Shown in pieces: positions 54,386-64,000 of a DNA stretch of 64,000 nucleotides. A program made the position numbers and the translations under genes. The stretch is from NCBI RefSeq assembly GCF_009914755.1, contig NC_060925.1. One strand, given 5' to 3'. This DNA is from the human T2T-CHM13v2.0 reference genome, Homo sapiens. Position 1 is the first letter of the stretch. Every line of letters begins with the position of its first letter. Below the pieces are notes generated by a model. It ran no database searches, was not told the origin of the DNA, and worked only from the letters and a program-made list of their open reading frames with translations.

Positions 54386-56115
54386 GATTTTCCTTCATTC
54401 TCAGTTCTCCGGTTCTTCCTTCTTGCATTTATGGCCAGTTTGTCTGCGAATGTCTGTCTCTATTATTACTCATATAATGGCTTCCATTTTGTTTTATTGT
54501 TGTAGCTTCATTTTGGTTGGATAGATTGTCCAAACTCTCTCCCCACCTCCATCTATTGACCTAATGGTGGTGGAGGGTTCTGGATGGGGAATTACCAGCC
54601 TGCTAGCTTTTTGAAATCGTATCCTGGCGTTTAGAAGCTTTTTGCACTGGCTGGCTGGATTGAAACCAACTCTTTGAATTTAACACTGAATGTGGCTAAG
54701 ACACATGTAAATATTACTCAAGAGTCCCTTACAATCTTAGCAATAATTAAATGAAGAAAGATGAAAGGGAGGAAAGAAGGAAGAAGAGGAATGGCAGAGT
54801 AGGGCACAGACCCCCATCTCTTGCCCCCATATCCCACGTAAACACAGTGTCGTGATGTCACACTGCCATTTCCTGAGGCCACAAATGCGTAAGACCTTTT
54901 AAGCCACTGGGCTATGCACAGTGTGGGAACCTGGCCAATGCTTCCATCTTAAGCATTATCCAGCTTGCAGTGGCCATGCCTCAAGTTCTCACTCTTATTT
55001 TTTCAAATATTCTTTCCCTGCTTAGCCCCATCCATTGAATAACAGTTTCTCTCCATCCCCAACTTCTCCAATTCTCTGGCTATGTCACATCACATCACCT
55101 CCTTCCTACCATTGTCCCATACTCTCTGCCTCAAGCTCCAGGGAGTCTCCAGTCCTTAGGGACATTATTTATAAAACCACTCATTTACACTTAACATACA
55201 GAGGCTTACTGGTATCCACTTTAAGGTGAAGTGGAAAGATAGCCACTTAGAAATGAAGAGGGTTGTTTATTGCACCTGGCATAGCATTTGGATGTGGTCT
55301 ACTCACTGCCAAAGAGAAACCTGGCAAAAAGTGGAAAATTGAATCCTGTTTTGTTCACACACCACTCATGCCAAAGATGTTCCGCTGAATTGACAGGCTT
55401 TCCGACTCAATCGATTGGCTCTTTTTGTCATCTGGTAGACTCAGAAACAGTTCTCCCTTGAGCTCTTCAGTTTGCAAAAGATAAATACACACTGACTTGA
55501 AAGAACAATGGAGTAGAATAAACATGTGTGTCCTCTAGCTGCATTTTGCAAGCAGAATAGGAGAAAGAAAAGAAGAGAGAAAAAAATGGGTAGGGTGGCA
55601 GAAAGAGCTGGGGGCTGGAGGGGGAGATGGAGAGAAAGAGAGAGAGAGAATGACACCTGATGGCAAATCTGCCTAGACCGCCCCAGCTGTGCTATGCTGG
55701 AAGTGTAGGTTTGCCCTACCCCAGCAGCTGTAGCTAGGGCCCAGGTGTTTCTGGAACATTGACGCGATTCTGTGGTTGATATCAGAACTAATGCCAGGGG
55801 AAAAAAAAATCTAAATTACATTTAAAAGGAATCCACCTTTTTATCTTTTAACCTTAGGCCTTCCCCAGCCATGCAGAAAAATCAATCTTGGCTAATCCAC
55901 TGACCAAGAAAAAGGGAAAAGAACAGAAGAAAACGTTGCTTTAAACAGCTACTTGATGTTTAAAGAGTTATCAGAGGGAAGGTGATCCGAGAGCTCACCA
56001 GCAGAAACAAAGGCTCAAAGGGCTGAATCGAGCGGCTTCTTATCCATATCCTCTGGCTGCTCAATAGCTGGGGAGTCAAGGATAGACTTACCTCACATCT
56101 TACCTTATAGATCTT

Positions 56116-56717
56116 TGTTGTTGTGGTGGATTTGTTTTTTTTGTTTTTTCAGCAATATCTTCATATATGTACTCTTTTTTTTTATTGTACTTTAAGTTCT
56201 AAGGTACATGTGCACAATGTGCAGGTTTGTTACCTATGTATACATGTGCCATGTTGGTGTGCTGCACCCATTAACTCGTCATTTACATTAGGTATATCTC
56301 CTAAGGCTATCCCTCCCCCCTCCCCCCACCCCACGACAGGCCCTGGTGTGTGATGTTCCCCACCCTGTGTCCAAGTGTTCTCATTGTTCAATTCCCACCT
56401 ATGAGTGAGAACACACGGTGTTTGGTTTTCTGTCCTTGCAATAGTTTGCTGAGAATGATGGTTTCCAGCTTCATCCATGTCCCTACAAAGGACAGGAACT
56501 CATCCTTTTTTATGGCTGCATAGTATTCCATGGTGTATATGTGCCACATTTTCTTAATCCAGTCTATCATTGATGGACATTTGGGTTGGTTCCAAGTCTT
56601 TGCTATTGTGAATAGTGCCGCAATAAACATATGTGTGCATGTGTCTTTATAGCAGCATGATTTATAATCCTTTGGGTATATACTCAGTAATGGGATGGCT
56701 GGGTCAAATGGTATTTC
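56116..56717 (-). mobile_element. 5'-truncated young L1PA with a 15-bp TSD and a short 3' transduction
   Basis: Minus ORF 56388-56798 encodes the ORF2 C-terminus (EIPFDPAIPLLSIYPKDYKSCCYKDTCT...WMKLETIILSKL...HRVFSLIGGN). TSD taccttatagatctt at 56101-56115 and 56718-56732. Confidence 0.95.
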
Positions 56718-56879
56718 TACCTTATAGATCTTAAACCAACAGCAGCCATGCTTTCTTGACATTTCTTTGCTGAGAGCTGGAAAAACTGGTTTCTTCACTA
56801 TTCATGATACAATATAGCCAACTATATGATCGTTAGGTAGGCATTAACTGCAGAAATCAAGATGGAGTTATTTCTACCT

Positions 56880-57668
56880 ATGATATAATAAAGAATCCAT
56901 CTAATCTTTGTCCCCCAGTTCCTGGCACAGAACTTCAAAAACGCTTGGAATTTCCTAAGTGATAGGAGTGTCTTGTTATTCACAAAGAGTCCTTTTGATC
57001 ATATTTGAGTTTATGTTAATAAGATGACTCATGGTGGGGGTCTTAGTTTCAAGAGAGGGGCTGGCCACTCCAGAAACACCAAGCACATGATTTAGAGAGT
57101 GGAACTTATGGGCCTATCCCCAAACACCAGGGAGAGAAGAGAGATTGGATATTGAGTTCAATCACATGAATAATGATGCAATCAATTATGTCTACTTAAT
57201 GAAACCCCAGATAAAAACTGATCAACAGATCATCAAGTGAGAGCACCCTCTCTCACTGATGTACCCTGACTCCATGGGGACAGAAGCTCCTGTCCTTGGA
57301 CCCTTCTAGATCTTGCTTTATGTATCTCTTTATCTGGCTGTTTATTTATATCCTTTATAATAAGACAGGAATTGTAAGCATCATGCCTTTTGAGGTCTGT
57401 GAGGCATTCTAGCAAATTATTCAACCTCAGGATGAATGATTGGGGTTTCTCATAAGAGAAACCCCAAATTTGTAGTTGACTGGGCAGAAATGTGGGTAGC
57501 CTGGGACTCCACTTGCAACTAGCATCTGAGGAAAGGGCAGTCTTGTTGGGGTCTTGTTGGGGACCTTGCCCTTTAACTTGTGGGATATGATGTTAACTTG
57601 GGAAGCTGGTGTCAGGATTGAACAGAATTGTAGGACACACAGTTGGTATCAGAGAATTGGTGTCAGAA
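56880..57668 (+). mobile_element. LTR, MER21-like
   Basis: 'tctttgtcccccagttcctggcacagaacttcaaaacgcttggaatttcct...cattctagcaaattattcaacc...agagaattggtgtcagaa'. Confidence 0.7.
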
Positions 57669-58159
57669 TGTGTTGCCTCTTCAGCACTCTCAAGTAGGGA
57701 GGCCGCAAAAGGGACCATACGGCATAAGACGTATGGTCTCTTAGCTCTGTAGTGACTGCTGTCACCTTATATTTTTATAGCAATAGGAAAATTGGTGGAA
57801 TATTCACTTGGGCTAAGAGGCAAAGTTCATAGAATTTGGGACTGAATGCACCAGGGGATGAAGTCCATATGACCATTCTGCAGCAAGATGACTCTTCAAA
57901 CATCCAAAAAGCATAATTTCTTTGCAATCTACTTATAATATTCCTAATTACCATCCCCTCCACTAACACCTCCATCCAGCAATCACGTCACCCCAACTTT
58001 AATCTCAACCAGAGCACTTATTACCACTTGGCATGAAAGGCACTTGCTGAAGTCCCAGGAACAGAAGAGTGACAGACCCACAGAGGTTGCCTGTCAGATT
58101 CGCTAGAAATGGGGAACGTGGGTATCGCAATCAATGGGGATGATCACACATTTTCTTAC

Positions 58160-58810
58160 TTTTTTCTTCTTTTTTATTGTGGTAAAATAAAAACACTTAT
58201 TATTTTAGCCATTTTAAGTGTCCAATTCTGTGGCATTAACTACCTTCACATTGTTCTGCAACTATTACTACCGTCTATATCCAGAATTTTTTCATCTTCC
58301 CAAGCTGAAACTCTGTACCCATTCAACACCAACTCCCCATTACTCCCTCTCCACAGCCCCTGGCAACCAGCATTCTACTTTTTATCTCTATAAATCAGAC
58401 TAATCTAGGTTTTGCAAAGAAGTTGAATCACAATATTTGTCCTTTTGTGACTGGCTTTTTTCACTTAGCATAATGTCTTCCAGGTTCACCCATGCTATAG
58501 CATATGTCAGAATTTCCTTCCTTTTTAAGGCTGCATAATATTCCATTGTATGCACACATCACATTTTGTTTTCCTATTTATCTACTGGTGAATACTTGGG
58601 TTGCTTTCACTTTTTGGCTATTTTAAATAAAGCTGCTGTGAACATGGGTGTATAAGAGTATCTGTTTGAGTCTCTATCTTCAAATCTTTTGCATATATAC
58701 CCAGGAATGAAATTGCTGGATTATATGATGTTTTTTTTAATATGGTAATTATATGTTTAATTTTTAAGGGGAACTAATATATTATTTCCACAGCAGCTGC
58801 ACCATTTTTC
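58160..58810 (-). mobile_element. L1MB 3' end
   Basis: 'ttttagccattttaagtgtccaattctgtggcattaactaccttcacattgtt...ttcacttagcataatgtcttccaggttcacccatg'. Confidence 0.85.
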
Positions 58811-58878
58811 TTACCTTTTAAAAAATATTTTCTCTAGGTTTTTAAAATGGTCTTATTTATTTACACGTTCATTAATTC

Positions 58879-59038
58879 TTAGATATGGGGTCTCACTATA
58901 TTGCCCAAGCTAAAGTGCAGTGGCTATTCACAGACAGGGTCATAGGACACTGCAGCCTCAAGCTCCTGACCTCAAGTGATTGCCCCACCTCAACCTCCCA
59001 AGTAGCCGGGATTACAGGCATATTTCACCATGTTCAGC
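58879..59038 (-). mobile_element. FAM (fossil Alu monomer, 7SL-derived)
   Basis: Monomer retaining the 7SL-type 'gtgcagtggctattcacag' segment. Confidence 0.75.
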
Positions 59039-60389
59039 TTAAAAATTATATACTTCTTGTGTGTGTTTTGAATTGGCAATATATTCACATGATACAAAAC
59101 ACAAGATTGATCACAAAATATCTACCTTTTATTCCTGTCTCCAAGCCTTTTAGTTCCCCTTCTGGAGGCTGCCAATGTTACTATTTACCAGTGCTCTACT
59201 ATAGCACCACAAGTCACCCCAATATCCAAGCAGGTTTCAAAATTCAATCTGAGGCTTGCTTAGTGAACAGAAATGTTTTCAAACTATCTGCTGTCTGCTC
59301 AAAGAAGGGGTTAATGGAGAGCAGAACTCTGAAATGCACTGTACATAATGAATAACAAATACCCTTTTAAGATGAGTATTTTAAAACACCAACATGTTAT
59401 TATCCAAAATGTATAAAAGTGTCTCTCTTTTCTTTTTTGGCCTTGAGTACTACATTGAAAGCATTACCTAATGCCCACTCCAAAAGATTAGATCCCTCTG
59501 AAAGAAAAGAGTCAACATGCATAACACATCACAGCACCATCCTGCATCTTTTCCATTTGGGTTCACAGTTAGACATTCCCTGGTTTAAGGGAAAGAGCAT
59601 TTGCAAAATGGCTCTTGGGGCTTAATTGGTATTTCTTTCTTTTGCCTGCCGGAATAATCCAGGAGAGGAAACTGCAAAGCAATTTAAGAACATTAGCATT
59701 GTTCCTAAATACCCGTCCAAGGTTAGTGAATACAACTGGAAAAGCCCAAAGAGCACCTAGGGAGATTAAGGGAGGTTTTGAAGCAGAACGCATGATTCTA
59801 ATGAACTTGGGCTCTGCCTCATGGAAGAAGAATCTATCTAAATACATTAGGGCCAACAGAGCAGACAGCAGACGGGAGGCAGCTACCTAAATGCGAGAGA
59901 TGCTGTTCTCAGTAAGTTGTGAAACGCTGCAAATAGATTTCGGTGGGTTTGAAGCCCTGAGTCGCTATAGGGTGCTAATTATGATTTCCATACTGTTGGC
60001 GAGAGAGACACTCCCCAGCAGGGTGTCGAGAGCCACAACATATGCACTCCAGCTGTCCTCGTGAACCGCCCCCTTGTACCCCTCACGGCGGAGGTTTCTG
60101 CTTGGTTTCCTCCTCTCACTGAGCAGATGAATTAATTTGTTTGAAGATTGGAGAAGGATTTTTGGAAAGAAAAGAGTCCATAATAGGTTAGTGCCAAATA
60201 GAAATCATTTTGCACAGGATCATTGTTGCATCCTTTTTACTGCAATATGAATGTTACCTAAACAATAAGATGTATAGAGTCAATATGATCGCATTTCAAC
60301 ACCTGCATCCAAACCACAAGAAATAAAATGTTATAGGTTTTAAACAAATCTCATTTTTGACTCAACAGGAAGTGTACCTGATCTTCCTG

Positions 60390-61150
60390 TTGAGGTTTTT
60401 TGGTGAAGGGGACATCTGGCATCAACTGTCCAGAGCCAGACAAAGCTTCACAGGTTGTGGGCAAAGCCCTCCACAAAACTGTTCTCACTTCAGATACCAG
60501 TTGCAAATTCTGGAGTCCCCAGGCCTTCCTCCCTGCTGACCAACTGCCTATAAATTCAGGGTTTATCACTATCTCTTCAGGTTTCATAATTTGTCAGAAC
60601 AACTTACAGAACTCAGAAAAGCACTCTACTTATGATTATAGTTATAGCAAAAGAATACAAATCAATCAGAATCAGCCAAAAGGAGAGACACATACAGCAA
60701 AGTCAGAGAGGATCTCAAATGTGAAACTTCCTTTGTCCTCTCCCATGCATTCAGGGTGCATCACCCTCCTGATAAGTGATAATACAGAGTATTACACACA
60801 GCTGAGCTCGGTGTCCATGGTTTTTACTGGGGCTTCAGTATTCAGGCATAAATGATTAAACCATTGACTATATGACTCAATCTCTAGTCTTTTCCTCCCT
60901 AAAGACTAGTTCAATATCAAGGTAGCTGAAAGCCTCTATAATCTCATGGTTGGTCTTTCTGTCATGACCAGCCTCCATCCCGAGTCTTTTCCTTAACATA
61001 AACTACCTACAGCCCTATCCTGAGTCACCTCATAAGCAAAACCTATCATGACCTACCATTAATAGCAAAGACACTCTTATTACTTAGGAAATTCCAAGGG
61101 TTTGGAGGCTACCTCCACAAAACTAGGGACAAAACCCAGCCAAATCCTTA
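60390..61150 (-). mobile_element. LTR, MER21-family-like, with a related fragment at ~62180-62315
   Basis: 'cacttcagataccagttgcaaattctggagtccc...cataatttgtcagaacaacttacagaactcag...ggaaattccaagggtttggaggctacctcc'. Confidence 0.6.
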
Positions 61151-63419
61151 CAGGGACAGAGGAATGGGATTGGTGGGAGATTATGAGGTCATCCAGGAAG
61201 CAAAAACTCAAGTTCTAGTTAGAGTTTATTATATCTTCTCACGCAGGTTACTTAATCATCTTGGGTTTTACATCTCATTCTTTTCACTTACAGCAGTAAT
61301 TACTGATACCATTTAATGAGTGCTTACTATGCACCAGATGCTGTGCTGAGAACTTTGCCTACTTAATCTCATTTATTCTTCACCATAAACTTGCAAATTT
61401 TGTCATTTTATTATCTCTATTTTGTAAAGAGTGGAGAGGTGATAGAGATTTCAGGAGGTTAAATAACTTGTTCAAGTAATTGGAGGAGCTGTCACTCAAC
61501 CACAACTGTGAGTCCAAAGTTCTGATTCTTAAGTTTCCATTCATAACACTATACTGATAATTGGCTTACAGGCATATTGGGAAAATAAATTAGAAAGATA
61601 TATGAATTATTATAATCTGAAAGGGAATAACCTCATGAGTCAAGGTTGTAAGATTACCATTATTATTATGTCACTGATTATTACTATTAGCAATATTATT
61701 TCACTTTCATACTTCACATGAATCTGTCTACTTATTATAAAAGTGGTTTCTACTTACTATATGAGTTCCTATTATAAGGAAAGAACTCTCTTTTAGAGAG
61801 AAAGCAAGTCTTTAAATCATAATAAACAAAATTCCATGTAGTTTCTGAAACATTTGTTAAGTATAATACCTACTATGTGCCAACTCGTAATGTGCAACTT
61901 GGAAGGTATAGAAAGATGGGTAAGACATAGACCCTCACCAGCAAGACAAGTGTGCATAGAATAACACAACTCAAGGCAGAATGTAATAAGTGTCCAAACA
62001 CACACAGAAAGCCCTCTGCTGATTCAGAGGAGAGAAAGATAGCACACAAGCCTCAAGAGATCAAGAAGAATTTCATATCCACATCTTGAAGGACAGACAG
62101 AATTTGGAGAGACTTGGATGGGTAAGAAGATGGGATTCCTGAAGAAAGGAATCTAGTAGCAAAATTAGACCAGGATGTATCACACTTATAATACATCAGT
62201 GGGTGACAATACAGACTATTACCAATCAAGCAAGCTCAGCAGAGCTTCTGTATCCACAGTTTTTATTGGAGCTTCATTATGTAGGCGTGATTTATTAAAC
62301 CATTGGCCATGTGCCATTAAAACAGGTGCAATTCAGAATGTTTGAAAGGATGGGAATGAGTGTATAGTTTAGTGGTAACATATTTTTGTGAGATAAACAC
62401 AGCATTTAAAATTTTAAAAAATTTGCTTCATCATAATTTTATTAGCTTTACTATGTTGAGCAAAGCTCTAACTCCTCCAGCACCACTTTGCCCATTCTAA
62501 AAATGAGGGTAGATAATGCCTAGCTCTTAAGGCTTTTGTGGGAGTTAAATGAGAAATATATTGAAAAACTCATATTCTGTGAACTAAATAACTTTAAGCA
62601 AATACAAGGTTTTACAATTTCTGTTGTTGTTTGTTTGGATTAAAGGAAACCAGCCAAGCTATGTTAAACAATATCAATGAAAAAAATATTGGAACCATAC
62701 CCTGGAGGTTGGGGATAGTGTGGCTAGGATGCCAGGGTGAGGAGGCTGAGCTTTGTCCAGTAGGAACAGTAGGCACGAAGAACTCAGTTCATGTCATGTT
62801 TTCAGTTGTTTTGTTTTGGTTTGGTTTGTTGAAGGTGATTATAAAAGCATTAGTACTTATTATTTCAAGAATAGCAAGCATTAACTCTGAGAAAAAGTAA
62901 AATTGTTTATCTGAAATTTTCAGTGAGGATAAGCATGGAATGTGGTGCAAATTTGTCTTTGAAGATTATTTGAGCAGGTTTACTTTTTCAGTGGTAACAC
63001 TTTGGAGAAAAGACAAAAGGTTAAATACACTTACCTGGCTTCCCCATTACCCCATCTAGAAGTCAGAGTATGAGTACGATGGTCTGTGAAGACAACTTTC
63101 AGGCTGAGAACTTGAAGCACTTCCAGCAATAACTCTAGCAGTCTGCATAATTATCTTTCTGCGTCACAGTTTGCCTTATCTAGTCCTTAGAAGCTGAGGG
63201 AATGAGAAATATGACTCCTCATTTGGCTCCATAGGCAGAGTTGTGGAGAGTAGAGAAAAATATTTATCACTTTAAAGTGTCCAAAATATTCATGTACAAT
63301 TAATTTTTTAATAAGAGATTTCAAAGAGATTTACCTTAAGTAAGTCTGACCATAGAAATTTAATCAAATCATTTTAATTAACTTATTTAAATATCTAGGT
63401 GGGCTTTAATATCACAGAG

Positions 63420-63950
63420 CTAGAACCTAAATACTTTTATTTGCAATACTGAGATTAACTATTTTAAATTAGTTTATTGTAAAATGTTCAAAATTCAAAA
63501 ACACAAAAAGGATAACATAATAAATTTTTCTATACTGTTCACCCATATTGACCAAGTGTCAAGATTTTGCTGTACTTACTATATCTATCCATCCTTCCTT
63601 CTCATCTTTTTTGATGGCATAGCTTTCAGTTTGTTTATATCTACTTCATATCTTTAACAAATGTATAAAAGCTTTCTATAAGTTTTGCAAATTTGGTTAA
63701 GTTTATGCATAAGTATTTTTTGTTGTTATTGTAAATAGATTTATCTCCTCCATTGAAACCTCTAACTAGTTATTGGTCATATTTAATGAGGTTATTAATT
63801 TATATCAGGTGATTTTGTATTCAATTTTACCAAATTCTATCATTGTTTATAGTAGTCTTTTTCACTAGTTCTTGATTTTTTCAAATATATAATATCTCCA
63901 TTATTACATACATTTCTAGAAATTCTACAATTTTACTTTGTATTTTCCAT
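63420..63950 (-). mobile_element. Old L1M fragments
   Basis: AT-rich degenerate L1 antisense phrases such as 'ttggttaagtttatgcataagtatttttgttgttattgtaaat'. Confidence 0.5.
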
Positions 63951-63979
63951 TTAACTCGAGTCTTTAAGAAAGAGTTTTG

Positions 63980-64000
63980 AGCTGGGCGCGGTGGCTCACG
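63980..64000 (+). mobile_element. Start of an Alu, truncated by the window edge
   Basis: 'gctgggcgcggtggctcacg' preceded by an endonuclease-like 'tt/aagaaa' target. Confidence 0.85.

Overview
Gene-poor, repeat-rich primate genomic DNA, most likely human: it carries AluJ, AluS and AluY copies, an L1PA, L1M/L1PB elements, MER LTRs, MIR and L2. I find no intact protein-coding gene. The only gene-derived sequence is a disabled processed pseudogene of TFDP1 (34308-37408, +). It has a ~700-bp CpG-dense 5' leader, a poly(A) tail and target-site duplications, and it sits inside an older L1. The most unusual structure surrounds it. A degenerate array with a 10-bp period (ACCAGTTTAG/ACTGGTTCTG-type units) lies on both sides, at 33105-33545 and ~38055-39530. 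It looks like a CpG-decayed (ACCGGT..)n repeat and reads as a long run of CP2/TFCP2L1/Grainyhead-type CYRG-N6-CYRG sites. It is interleaved with an L1 that has been locally fold-back duplicated and rearranged. Other notable features are a convergent pair of strong CTCF motifs (5842-5859 and 51655-51672), a 5'-inverted L1, a 60-bp copy of that L1's 5'UTR inside a TA/TG microsatellite 4 kb away, an L1PA with a short 3' transduction tag, a helically phased TGACA cluster, and several candidate enhancers. Repeat subfamily names come from recognising consensus sequences by eye and need RepeatMasker/Dfam confirmation.
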